A stretch of DNA of 64,000 nt, from assembly GCF_009914755.1 (NCBI RefSeq), contig NC_060927.1, one strand, 5' to 3'. Positions 16,754-30,150 of the stretch are shown one piece after another (within the stretch, counting starts at the first letter, position 1; every line of letters begins with the position of its first letter). The notes beneath the pieces are model-generated. The model ran no database searches and was not told the DNA's origin. It saw only the letters and a program-made list of their open reading frames with translations. The position numbers were made by a program, and so were the translations under genes. Source of the DNA: the human T2T-CHM13v2.0 reference genome, Homo sapiens.

Positions 16754-18262
16754 ATAACAGGAAGATATAGCTAGAAGGAGCCTTTGGTTATATAATCGTA
16801 CTCCATGACTTCACGGATGGGGAAATTGAGGCCTAACTCCAGTCAATCATATTGTCAGAAATAGGCTTCAAGTTCCCTGACCGCATTCCAGTGCCCTATT
16901 TGCCACCCAAGATTGGCACTTGAGGGAGACGCTTGGGCATTCCATAAATTGCTCATTGTGCAAAGGTGGAGAGAACGAATGAAAGGCCAGATAAGCCACT
17001 GAAGATGACCAATAGTGTCACAACTATTTCTTCTATGGGGGACAGGGTCACTTTTGCTGTCCTTCATATAGCATGCATTGCTCATGTGTTCCTTGGTAGT
17101 AAGTGGGAGACAAAGAGGAATTAGGATCGTGGTTCTGTCATATCTGAGATCTTCACCCATTATAGCTAACAGATAAGAAAACAAAGAACTTTGTGTGTTA
17201 AGGGATCTAGATTCCAGTTCCCCCTTTAGCAGTTTTTAGGGTTTGTAATTACCTGCCCTTTCCCTTGCAAGTATCAGGTTTTTAATTGCGTGTGCTAATA
17301 TTTATTAGTGCAGTATCATTGCTGTGATGTAGTAGGGGTAAGATGTTGAGCACACTGCACACTGTGTATGGTAAGGCCAATAAATAGTAGTTAGCATGGT
17401 CATTTGTCTCTGTAAACAGTAAAACAAATGGTAGTAATGTATTTCTACTGTACGTTAGTTAGAGTACATCATAGCCCCTGCCCTCCAGTAGGTGAGGCTG
17501 ACAAATGTATGACTACAGAGCAGATTATAATAGGCATTTTAATAAAAATACCAAGTGTCTCGAAATAAAGGAGCAAGGGAGGCTAATTTAACTTTCTCCT
17601 CGTCCCCAGTCATGGTCTATTTCCTATTGAAGATGGAATTGAGTAAGTGTTTTCAATAAAAAAAAAAAAAAGTAATTTAGTAGGTTGAAAGTGATAATTT
17701 ATTTTAGGCAAAGTGAACAGTTTGGAAAGAGGTTCAATAAAAATTGAGCCTTTTTTTCTACTCTAAAATAGTTAATATGATAATGCCTGCTATCCTGAGC
17801 TAAGGGAGCCAGAGAAAATAATACCTTTTTATTGAAATTTAAATTGGTTGAAGGGGGAGAAAGGAATCAGTTTGTGAGATGTGACTTCAACAGCTGAAAA
17901 CAGACACCTGGAAATGTGGTTTATTTAGAGATGCAATGTTTTATGATGTTGCTGCTTCTGATAAAAAGAGCAGGGAATAAACAGTATAGAATGTCGATGT
18001 TATAAAACATTCCATGTAAATTAACATCAATAGAGATGAATAGGGCTTTAACATAATTAATGCCAACCTGTCTCTGTGCTGTCTTTCATTATAGAACAGA
18101 CAAAAGCAATTCAATAGGCTTTTCCCAAGCAGGCCCACACAATCTTAATTAATGGGTTAATGATTTTAGCAACAACAACAAAAAGGCAATGTAGTATAAG
18201 CCTTTATAAATGGCTTAGAAGCTGGATTCTAAATTTAAGAAAGATATTTTTATGTAACTAGC

Positions 18263-18683
18263 TGATATGGTTTGGGTGTTTGTCCACCCAAACCTCATGT
18301 TGAAATGTAATCTCCAATGTTGGAGGTGGAGCCTAGTGGGAGGTGTTTGGATCCTGGGGGCAGGTCCCTTGTGAATGGCTTGGTGCCATCCCCTGGATAA
18401 TGAGAGAATTCTCACCGTAGTCATTCCCATGAGATTTGGTTGTTTATTAGTGTGGCACCTCCCACAGCTCTCTTTCTCTTGCTCTGATCATGTGATACGC
18501 TGGCTCCCTATTGCCTTCCGCTATGATTGGAAGCTTCCTGAGGCCGCACCATAAGCAGATATCAGCATCAGCATCATGCTTCCTGTACAGCCTGCAGAAC
18601 TGTGAGGCAGTCAAACCTCTTTTCTTTACAAATTACTCAGCTTCAGGTATTTCTTTATAGCAACACGAAGACAAACTGGGTAC
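18263..18683 (+). mobile_element. MSTB-like MaLR solo LTR
   Basis: Starts TGATATGGTTTGGGTGTTTG; MST motifs CATGCTTCCTGTACAGCCTGCAGAACTGTGAG and AATTACTCAG. Confidence 0.85.
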
Positions 18684-18906
18684 GGGAGGAGAAACCAGAG
18701 GTGTTTCTTCTCTTTTTCTATGCTCTTTTGCCTGAACATTTCTGATGTTTTTTTGTGCTTCTTGTGACTTGAAAAGGAGTCATAAGATCTGGGTTTGAGT
18801 CTTGCGTTTCATTTTCTAGATGTGGGCGACTTTATTTCATTATCTATTTCAATTTTCCCATCACAAAATAAGGAAATTGTGTGAGATGAATATTGGCATT
18901 TCAGAG

Positions 18907-19015
18907 TAGGTTTGCCAGAATTAGCAAAAGATATAAACAAAAGTAAAAAACAACATCCAGTTAAATTTAAATTCAAGTTTACCTGGATGTCTTGGATTTT
19001 TTTCTGGCAATACTA
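18907..19015. mobile_element. MER53-like palindromic hAT MITE, internally deleted
   Basis: Inverted termini TAGGTTTGCCAGA/TCTGGCAATACTA; inner CATCCAGTTAAATTT/AAGTTTACCTGGATG. Confidence 0.7.
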
Positions 19016-19188
19016 TACTCCTTTCTCCAATAAGTTTTAAATAGCCTCTGGAATCAAAAATCAAAATATCAGTTTCTTTCTTTTTTCTAATTAATCTGCA
19101 TTAAATAATTCACTTTCCAATTCCTCCAACCATTATTCCCAATTAAATCTACTAAAAGTAAAATCCAGGTAATGATCCTACAGGGGAA

Positions 19189-19363
19189 GAAGTGAACAGA
19201 GTTGCTAAAGGTGTTACTCCAAGCTCCCTACCTTGGGGAGTGTACATACTTCTAGGACATGAGGACAACATGCCCTAGAAGTATGAAGAAGAGTTGCTGA
19301 AAGTGTTACGCCAGTCACCTACCCTGAGGAGTGGAGTGTACAACCTGTTCTGTACGTATGAGG
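19189..19363. repeat. Old diverged tandem duplication, ~90-bp period
   Basis: AGAGTTGCT.AA.GTGTTAC.CCA...CCTACC.TG.GGAGTG...ATGAGGA occurs twice. Confidence 0.7.
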
Positions 19364-19394
19364 AAGGGGTCATGGCAGATCACCATATGTCATG

Positions 19395-19580
19395 CTTCTT
19401 AACTCATTTAACCTACCCTTCAATTCTATGAATTAGCTTTCATTATTGTCACTATCCCATTTTACAGATGAGGAAACTGGGACACAGAAATGAGTTGTCA
19501 TTTGTCCAAGATCACACAGCCAGTAAAAGACAAAGCCAGCACCTTAACCCAGACTATCTGTCTTCAGTGTCTGTGCCCTA
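19395..19580 (-). mobile_element. MIR
   Basis: CCCATTTTACAGATGAGGAAACTG core; CCAAGATCACACAGC. Confidence 0.85.
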
Positions 19581-19622
19581 TTACTTATTACTGGAGAAAA
19601 TATTCAATAAAAAATTAAAAAG

Positions 19623-19993
<371 letters not shown>

Positions 19994-20629
19994 CTACCTC
20001 ACAGGATATGTGGTACCAATACACATGGCATATGTATGCATGATGTTTCATATATTTATACATTTATATGAAGCCTATTTTACTTAGATATTAACATCTC
20101 TGGAAGTCAAGACAAGCAACATTGGGTGGTAGGTTAGTATTTTCTTCAGTGTCTTCCTCTTTGTATTCCTTACATTGCTGGCTTTTCTCTTTCTGTTGTG
20201 GCTATCACATAAAGACCAATTCAATACATCATTTAGCAAACTGTTGCTGAGTGAATATCACATTCCAAGCACTGTTTTAGGTCCACAAAATACAAATATG
20301 TATAGGACAGTGTTCTTTAATGAGACGGTTGGTGATTCACTCTGTGGAGGAGTGGTTGAGATGAAGAGAGGAAATATCAGGCAACCTTTATTTGGGAAGT
20401 GGGGAGGCAAACAGTGCATGTAACATATTAAAAAGTGTTTCCTAAACAAAGATCTTGTTTTAAAGCACTCTTGGAAAAAGTGTCTCACCAAGGAAAGTAG
20501 CAATTAGAATAATAAAAATAAATAATAATAAGAAGAAGCTAATAGAGTTTGGGAAAGAGGGTATATTAGTTAGAATTTAGGTCCAGTTAGGTATAAAATT
20601 GACCCAAAGTAACAGTCGTTTATAAAAGA

Positions 20630-21106
20630 TGTGGGAGGTAGAATAAAGCCCCCTTACTCCAAATATATCCACATCCTAATGTTTGTAACCCATAACTATG
20701 TTACCTTACATAGCAAAAGAGGCTTTGCCGATGTGATTGAGTTAAAGATTATAAGACAAAAAATTACCATGAACAATTTGAGTGGGCGCCATGTAATCAC
20801 AAGAGTCTTCACATGAGAGAGGGAGGAGGCGCAGAGTCAGAAAAGAAAATGTGATGACTGAAGCAGAGGTTGCTGTAATGCAAGGAAGAGGCCGTGACCT
20901 AAGGAATGTAGGTGACTTCTACACACTGGAAAAAGCAGGGAAACAGATTCTTCCCCTAGGGCCTCCAGAAAGAATGCAGTCCTGCACCTTGAATTTTGGA
21001 CTTCTGACATCCAAAACTGTATGAAAATAAATTCAAGTTGTTTTAAGCTACTAATACAGTGGTAATTTGTTACAGGAGCAATAGAAAAAATAAAAAATAG
21101 AATACA
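20630..21106 (+). mobile_element. MLT1D-like solo LTR
   Basis: TGTGG...TCCACATCCTAAT...TATGTTACCTTACATAGCAAAAG...GGTAATTTGTTACAG...AATACA. Confidence 0.8.
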
Positions 21107-21215
21107 CTAGATAAATTATTTCTCTCGTACATACGAATCAAGTGGCAGGTGGTCCTGGGCTGGTTGTGAGAGTTTTGCTCCACCAGTTGGCTATTTATGT
21201 GTTATTAATCTCTCC

Positions 21216-21613
21216 TTTTTTTTTCTTTTTTTTTATTATTATTATACTTAAGTTTTAGGGTACATGTGCACAATGTGCAGGTTAGTTACATATGTATACA
21301 TGGGCCATGCTGGTGTGCTGCACCCGTTAACTCGTCATTTAGCATTAGGTGTATCTCCTAATGCTATCCCTCCCCCCTCCCCCCACCCCACAACAGTCCC
21401 CAGAGTGTGATGTTGCCCTTCCTGTGTCCATGTGTTCTCATTGTTCAATTCCCACCTATGAGTGAGAACATGAGGTGTTTGGTTTTTTGTCCTTGCGATA
21501 GTTTACTGAGAATGATGATTTCCAATTTCATCCATGTCCCTACAAAGGACATGAACTCATCATTTTTTATGGCTGCATACTATTCCATGGTGTATATGTG
21601 CCACATTTTCTTA
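21216..21613 (-). mobile_element. 5'-truncated L1PA (L1PA3/4-like) 3' end
   Basis: Poly-T, 3'UTR and ORF2 C-terminus, nearly identical to 5842-6247. Confidence 0.93.
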
Positions 21614-21906
21614 TCTGTAGTCCAAATGTCCCACAACCGTGCACACGATTCAGACAGCTGGATAGAAGAAAAAGAAAAGAAAGATAATGTCTCTTTAGGA
21701 AATCTCTTTAGGAAATGTATTTCAAAAATCACACATATCATTTCTCACACATTTTGGACCAGAACTTATCACATGACCATGCCTTAAGTGAAGCTGGGAA
21801 ATTTAGTCTTTGGGTAGCTTTGTACCAAACTAAAAGCCAGGTTCTCTATTACTACAGAAAAAAAGGAGATTGGCTATTGAGAACAGCTACGCAGAGTCAT
21901 TATTCC

Positions 21907-22203
21907 TTTTTTTTTTTTTTTAATTTCTTGAGGCAGGATCTCACACGTTCACCCATGCCGGAGTGCAGCTGTATGATCTTGGTTCACTGCAACTTCTGCC
22001 TCTCAGGCTCAAGAGATCCTCCCACTTCAGCCTCCTGAGTACCTGGGACAACAGGTACGTGCCACCACGCCCAGCTAATTTTTGTATTTTTTGTAAAGAT
22101 GGGATTTTGTCATGTTGCCTGGGTAGGTCTTGAACACCTGAGCTCAAGTAATCTGCCTTCCTCAAAGTGCTGGGATTATAGGTATGAGCCACTGCACTTA
22201 GCC
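21907..22203 (-). mobile_element. Alu (AluJ-like)
   Basis: Diverged dimer; GCTCAAGAGATCCTCCCAC motif. Confidence 0.9.
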
Positions 22204-22217
22204 TACTCTTCTACTCC

Positions 22218-22505
<288 letters not shown>

Positions 22506-22599
22506 TACTCCTCTTAATAAAAGAAAAAAGGTATAGAGTAATTTATGCCATAGATTATTAATGATACCAACAAAGCTTGTAGAGGGCTAAGAGAGATAA

Positions 22600-25500
22600 A
22601 AGATACATGGAAGCATTGTCTGCTAGAGGAAAAGAAATAGACATTAACTTTTAAAATATTGATGGTTTACGTGTAGCTATGTGTCTTAATAACTTAAGAA
22701 TAACCCCAGGATATTAAAAGTAGAATGCATAACTTCTAAGCAACGAGAAGGAAATTTGATCTATCTAATGAAAGTTGAGAGGAAAAAAGGGGACAAATAG
22801 AAGTTTTGTAAATGGAAACACAAAATGTGGTAGAAGTAATTTCTAACAAAGGAGGAATTACAATAAATATAAATGAATTATCTTACCAGTCAAAATCAAA
22901 AGCAGATCCTTTCAGATTGGATTAAAAACAAGATCCACACTTATGTTATCTGCATAAGCTGCATTTAAACAAAAGCTTACAGAAAGATTAAAAATAAAGA
23001 CATAAAATGACATCAGACAAATATGATCAGATAGCAAATTAAGATAGCAATTTCAAAATTGGCTCATTAGAAATGGAGACAAGTTATCATTGTCAAAAAT
23101 CATAGATTTAATATATTGGCAACATAAACAATATATCAATGTACCTTATGTTTTAAATACATAAAGCAAGAATGACAGAACTGTGGTGAAATAAAGGCAA
23201 ATGAATAGCTGAGCTAGAGAGTCTTTAAAAATTGTTAGTTTAAACAGATAAAAAAGAAAAAGCAAGGACATAAAAGTTGTAAACAAGAACATTTAGAAGG
23301 AAATCTGGTGCTTTAAATACCTCTAAAAGAATAATAATTAAATACATTTTCCACTGAAGAAGCTAAGGTGAAAGCTCTTTACACCAATTACACAACACTG
23401 ATGAAAGAAATCAGAGATGACACCAACAAATGGAAAAACATTCCATGCTCATTTATAAGAAGAATGAATATTGTTAAAAGAGCTATACTTCCCAAAGCAA
23501 TTTACAGATTCAATGCTATTTCTATCAAATTACCAATGTCATTTTCCGCAGAATTAGAAAAAACTATTCTAAAATTTGTGTGGAACCAAAAAAGAGCCTG
23601 AATAGACAAAGCAATCCTAAGCAAAAAGGACAAAGCTGGAGGTATCAAACTAAAAAACTTCAAACTATATTACAAGGCTACGGTAACAAAACAGCATGGT
23701 ACTAGTATAAAAACAGACACATAGACCAATGGAACAGGGTTGAGAACCCAGAAATAAAGCCACACACCTACAACCATATGATATTTGACAAAGTCAACAA
23801 TAACAAGCAATAAGGAAAGGACTTCTTACTTAATTAATGGTACTGGGATAACTGGCTAGTCATATGCGGAAGATTGAAACTGAACCCCTACCTTTCACCA
23901 TATACAAAAATTAACTCAAGATGGATTAAAGACTTAAATGTAAGACCTCAAACTATAAAAACCTAGAAGCAAACCTAGGAAATATCATTCTGTACATCAC
24001 CTTGGGAAATAATTTATGACTAAGTCCCCAAAAACAATTGCAACAAAAACAAAAATTGACAAATGTGACCTGATTAAACTAAAGAGCTTCTTTCTGCACA
24101 GCAAAATAAACTGTCAATAAACAGGCATCATACAGAATGGGAGAAAATATTGGCAAACTATGCATCTGACATATGTGTACTATCTAGAATCTATAAGGAA
24201 CTTAATCCAGCAAGCAAAAACCAAGTAACCCCATTAAAATGGGCAGAAGACATGAATAGACACTTCTCAAAAGAAGGCATACATGTGACCAACAAATATA
24301 TTAAAAAGTACATCACTATTCATTAGAGTGAATCAAAAACTACAATGAGATACCAACTCATACTAGTCAGAATGGCCATTACTAAAATGTCAAAAAATAA
24401 CATGTTGGGGAAGTTGCAGAGAAAAGGAAACACTTATACACTGTTAGTGGGAATGTAAATTAGTGCATCTAGCATGGAAAGTAGTTTTGAGATTTCTCGA
24501 AGAACTTAAAACAGAACTACCATTCTACCCAGCAATCCCCTTACTGGGTCTATACCCAGAGGAAAATAAATTGTTCTACCAAAAAGACAAATGCACTTGT
24601 ATGTTCATTGAAGCACTATTCACAATAGGAAAGACATGGAATCAATCTAGATGCCCATTACTAGTGGATTGGATAAAGAAAATATGGTCCATATACACCA
24701 TGGAATATTATGCACCTATGAAAAAAAACAAAATCCTGTCCTTTGCAGCAACATGGATGGTCATTATCTTAAGTGAATTAATGAAGGAACAGAAAAACAC
24801 ATACTGCATGTTCTCATTTGTAAGTGGGAGCTAAACATTGAGTACACACAGACACAAAGATGGGAACAATAAACATGGGGACCACTAGAGAGGGGAGGGT
24901 AGAATGGGGCTAGGGTTGAGAAACTACTAGTGTAAAATTAGTACTGTTGGGTACTATGCTCACTACTTGGGTGACAGGATCATTTGTACACCAAATCTCA
25001 GTGTCATGCAATTTACACATGTAAGAAACCTGCACATGTACCCCATGAACCTAAAATAAAAATTACAAAACCCCACTAATGTGTGGAAAAAGTTAAGGGA
25101 ATGGACACCCATGAAGTTGAGATAAGTTATAGGAGATAAGGAAGCTATAATTGTTTGCATATGTAAAAATATAAAAAGAGCAACAACATAATGCTATCCC
25201 AGACAAAGGAGGAATAATGAAATAATAAAGATAATATAAAATTCAAGAAATAAGAAATAATAACACCATATACGTGACAACAGACAAATAAGTTTGAATT
25301 CTTTGGAAAGATGAGTAACATATACAGGTATCTGGTAACACTGGTAACAAAAAGTTGAAAATTAGCAAAATATAGAATAAAAAAGGTGATGTAAATTTAG
25401 ATGTAATGTACAGATGGATAATTATAGATGTAATGAAGATTATAAAGACAGTAAATACTATTAATGAGATCTATAAACCGATTAAATGAAACCAAATCAT

Positions 25501-27770
25501 TTTTTAAAAATTCCAGAATCAGCAGAAGAAGAAATAAAAAATTTGAAAGGTCTAAAAATCATAAGATAAACTGACATAGTTATCAAAAAAGTCCCCATTC
25601 TTACTCCTACTCCTGCCCCACCAAAATCCGAGGCCCAAATGATTTATAAGTGACTTCTGAAAAAAAAAAACGAAACAAATATTTAAAAAAAAAATCACCC
25701 TCCTTTCCTCATACAAGTTGTCCTAGATAATAGAATAATAGAAAAGGCCAAAGTGCCTTAATCATTCTTTGATACTCATGAAACAGTAATTATTTTTACT
25801 TGATAAAAATATTGTCTATAAAAAATTATAGAACAAATTTATTTATAAATTTGTGTGTAAAAATTCTACGAAAATCATTAGATCACACACTAAAATATTA
25901 TTTGAGAAAAGAAAAAAACATGATGAACATGTATGATTTACCTCAGTAACATAAGGAGGATATCATATCAGAAGCTCTATCAATGTAACAGTAGTAATTT
26001 ACTAAGGAAACAAATCATATGTTTAGCTCAATATAAGTAGAAAAATTATTAAATAAAATGTAATTTCTGTTTATAATACAACTTTTCACAAAATCAGGCA
26101 TAAATGAGAACCTTATTAACTAGTTAAAGGCTGTATATGAACAACTTTCAGTAAGTATTTTTTAAAGAAGAAACTTAAGGTATATTTAATATTAGACAAG
26201 AAAACATTATGTCGCCACTACTAGTTAACCTAGTACTAGTGGGACATAACCAAATATAATGAAACAAGAAATACAATGAGATATCACTGCTGGAAGATGA
26301 AAGAGCTTCAGATGATTTAATCATTTATGGAAACTAACAGTCTTCTCCAAGATTTTGTATACAACTAGTAAGAGTATTTCTGGATAAAATATATTAAACA
26401 ACCAACAATATTTTCTACCAGTAGTAAATTAGTAAGATATATCCATCAAGTATAATATACCAGCAAAACTTTAAGATATAAATATATTAACCTATTAAGA
26501 AGTCTAAAGATTGTTTTGGAGAAACTACCATCTCTATCAAAAGGCATACAAGATCTGAATGAATACAGAGATAAACCATGTTCATGGATGGGGCAACTTA
26601 GTATTTTAAAGAGGTCAAATTTTGCCAAATTAAATAAAAAATGTATAGAATTCCAATCAAAACTTATACAGAGAAACTTAGGTCTAAAATATATTTTGAA
26701 AAACAAAAGTCCATAAGTAAATGATAATTTTGGAAGAGCAAAAAGGAATACCTTCCCTACCCTCTATTATTATATAACCATAAAAGAAAAAAAAATAGCC
26801 TGCCACATGATCAGACAAGTAAAACAATGGGATAAAGAACCATAAACCGTCCCTTATGGAATATGGTATAAAATTAAGGTGACTATTTTAATTTGCCTGT
26901 GAAAATTTTACTGCATTTATGCCTATTGGCCTAGCAAAATTAAAAATAATGTCCTCTTTTACTTTTCAGTTTGGAATATATTGTATGATGTCTTCATATA
27001 TAATCAATTGATATAATAAATCAATGGAGGAAAGATAGGCTTTTTAAAAGCATATAGTATTGGCAAAACTGGCTTGTTAAATGGAGAAAAGTAAAATTTG
27101 ATAAAATTTTGAATTAAACATTAGTATGTAAAATGTAAAGATAAACTGGTGAGAAAATAATGGAAAGTACCTTGGCAACTTCGGGGTGGGGAATGATTTC
27201 TGGAACAATACTCCCAAAATTAAAAGTATAATGGGAAAAAAATGAATGGATCTGATACATAATAATTATGAATTTCTGTTCATTGAAGGACACTGTAGAT
27301 AAAGGTAACAGATGGGAGACAGACTGGGGGAAGATAATTACAACATTTAAAACTGACAAGGGATTAATACCTAGAATAATTAAGCAATTCCTGCAAATCA
27401 ACAAAGAAAAGAGAGTAATTGGCAAAAAAAAAAAAAAATGAATAGACAATTCACAGAAGGGCAAACCCAAATTACTTACATGCTCATGAAGACATCCCCA
27501 ACATCATAAGTAATGAGAGAGCTATAAATTAAAACCATAATGAGACTCATTTTACACCCATCAGATTGGTAAAAATGAGAAAGTCAGATGGTATCATTGT
27601 TGGCACAGATGTGAAAAAATGAGAATCCTCATGCACTGCTGGTGGGAGTGGAAACTGGTGAGCCATTCTGGAGGGCAATCTGTTGGAAGTATATGTATAT
27701 ATATACCCCTTGACCCAGAAATTCCCGGAGGGAAACCTATGCAGGGTCACATGTGACATATACAAGGATA
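22600..27770 (+). mobile_element. Ancient, highly decayed L1M (L1MC/ME-like), interrupted by L1PA16-like piece
   Basis: A-rich strand; residual ORF2 similarity (KPCSWMG in ORF 26516..26716); L1M 3' motifs CATTTTACACCCATCAGATTGG and GCTGGTGGGAGTG. Confidence 0.7.
23360..25066 (+). mobile_element. 5'-truncated L1PA16-like element
   Basis: ORF2 C-terminal remnants (ORFs 23368..23601 and 24463..24834); 3'UTR GGGTACTATGCTCACTAC...CTAAAATAAAA. Confidence 0.85.
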
Positions 27771-29984
27771 TAGCTATCTAGATGAAATAGCATTACAGTT
27801 TGGGTAGGGAGGTGTTGCTTTATGGAAATGTTCAGAAAGAAATGGAGCACAGTGAACCCAGAGCTGGCTCTCTGTAGGCTTATATTCTTTGCTGAATCTT
27901 CAGTAAGAAGAAAGCAAAGGTTACTTCCATTCCACCCCAGTCCTAGGCATTGTCAAGGCCCAGGTACACCCTTGTTCCTGGCACTCTCCAAACTTTCAGG
28001 GCCCTGTTGTGAAATTCTCTGGGAAGTTAAATACATGAATGATGTTAGAAATTGAAAGGAGCATTTTAAAAAATGAGGGTTACCACAAGATGAGGGCAAC
28101 GTTTAACTGAAAGGGGAAAATGATACAATATAGGTTTCAGTGATAGCTAAACAACAGAAATCTGTGACATCACTGAGTGCAGACACTTAGAGGCCCCAAC
28201 AGAAATTTGGAGACCTCTTTAGATCTTTCCTTCTGTGTAGTGAAAAGAAAGCAATTTCATAAGAGAACATGACAGTGAACATTTCTATTGAAAACCACAA
28301 AGTTTTTGCAATTTTAGCAGAAGTCTAGTTTTGAAGATCAAATCATTGAGAGAGAATGTACACTTGTTTTTTTGTCATTTACTGAAAGCCAGAAAAATAG
28401 GTGAAGCTTGTCTTAATTCAGATGGCACCTTGGAAAGGAGATCATTCTGATATCTTCTTCTCACTCCTATTTTTTTTTTTTGACTTTTCAAAGAGCAACA
28501 GAACATTGGAGCTAGAAGTAGCCTCTAAAGTTAAGTAACACAGCTCCAGTCTGCTATGGAATTCTTCCTACAAACACGCATTTCCTTATATGTAAACCTC
28601 AAGAATCTACTGGAACCAGACCATTGATCCATTACTTTAAGATACATTACTCCTTCCTTAAGGGAGTTATGTAAGCTCTTTCTATAGAGGCTATGCCTGG
28701 AAAGCTGCCTCCCTGACACCCTAGGGCCAGGTTATAACTCTTGGACCTAGCTTGCCTCCACTAAACTCCAAATTTGGGGGTTACATTTTTTATAAGTCAT
28801 GTTTTCTCTTGAATGGCCTCATTGTGGTAGATGAAAGAAACGAATTTTAATGAAAGTGAATTAATCTTAATGAAAATTAAATAGACTTTTATGACTCCTT
28901 AGACATTTAGGAAAACAGCGAAATATTGAACTTCTATCCCTTCTTTAGCCATCCTCCTAGTTATTTACAGGTATTCCCAGAGGTATACATGATGGACAAA
29001 TAAGCCTCCTCAGTTTTGGTTGCCAAAATGTTTGTTTCCCTGGTAGTTTCATCACTGTTGCTGCTGGTGGTATTCCCCATGGATGGTGCCAAGAGAGTTA
29101 TACCAAGGGTTCTGTCTTCTCTTGCTCTCAAAATACCACCGCAGGCCATTGCTTGGCTTCCTGCTGTGGCTAAGGCTCTTGGCATCTCTCAGTGGGAGCA
29201 CAATGCCATTCTGTCCACCATTAAGAGTACTGCTGTTCTTGCCCCCTGATACTGGTGCTACTTCTGCTCATATCTTCTGCAATGGAAAAAACCCCTTTCT
29301 CCCAACCTTGTACCATTGTCTGTTACACTGGTCCCACAGTGGTATGATCCCTTACTCTCAAAGTCTTAAAGAAACGATGGGTAAAACATTCCATCCAGGT
29401 TGTTTTCTTTCCCCATGATTTGGGCACAAGTCCCTAGGGACTGAGCCATGAGATGAGTCAAAGGGTGGTCCTCAGTGTCATTCTTCCTCTATTGCTCAGA
29501 GGCACTTTTCAGGCATCTCTGCCTGGGCTTTGGCAGCTATTCCTTAGATTGACTTACTTCCCAAGAGGCTCCTCAAGCCTGTTCAGCCCTGGTCGCCCCT
29601 CCACAGTCTTCTGGTCTTTCCCTGACTGTTTCCATTTTAGGCTGAGAGCACCTGCATCTTGAACCAGGGCGCCTTTGCACTTTAGCCTGGATAACATCAC
29701 AGCTCTAGATTTGGTGAAAGGAAACAGAATCAGGGAACCCTTGAGCCACAGCCATTTTAGGATGTCGCTAGGCTCCTCTACTTCCTCTTTCCTTATTGCT
29801 CCCAATTCTTTGCTTCCTTCTTGCTAAGTTGGAAGGAGCCCACCTCCCCCTAGAAAGAGGATCATTTCATAAGCTGGATTCTCATGTAGCATGGTCATTG
29901 CATTCCTTAAACTCACCTCTAGGTCCCAAATGATAAACTAAAAGCTGCTTGAGTTATTCAAGTAACAGGAAAAATATAGTATTG

Positions 29985-30150
29985 CAACTAAGAATCTGAA
30001 CTTTGAAATCAGAGAGTCTCGGATTCAAATCCTGGCTCTTCCCTTTCTGGCTGTATGCTTTGGGCAGATTATTTAACAACTCTGAGCCTCTTTAGCACGT
30101 ACTTCACGGGACTATTGTGATTAAGTAAGCACTCAATGTGTGGGAGATAT
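29985..30150 (+). mobile_element. MIR
   Basis: GGATTCAAATCCTGGCTCT...TTGGGCAGATTATTTAAC..TCTGAGCCTC. Confidence 0.7.

Larger units (their letters stand above)
20563..21890 (-). mobile_element. Old MLT1J/K/L-like LTR fragments, split by MLT1D and an L1PA 3' end
   Basis: TATATTAGTTAG start; later ACCAGAACTTATCACATGACCATGCC...GCTGGGAAATTTAGTCT motif. Confidence 0.45.

Noticed and set aside
17654-17672. AATAAA followed by an A run (possible retrocopy tail)
   Set aside because: No TSD or recognisable upstream mRNA; likely a simple A tract
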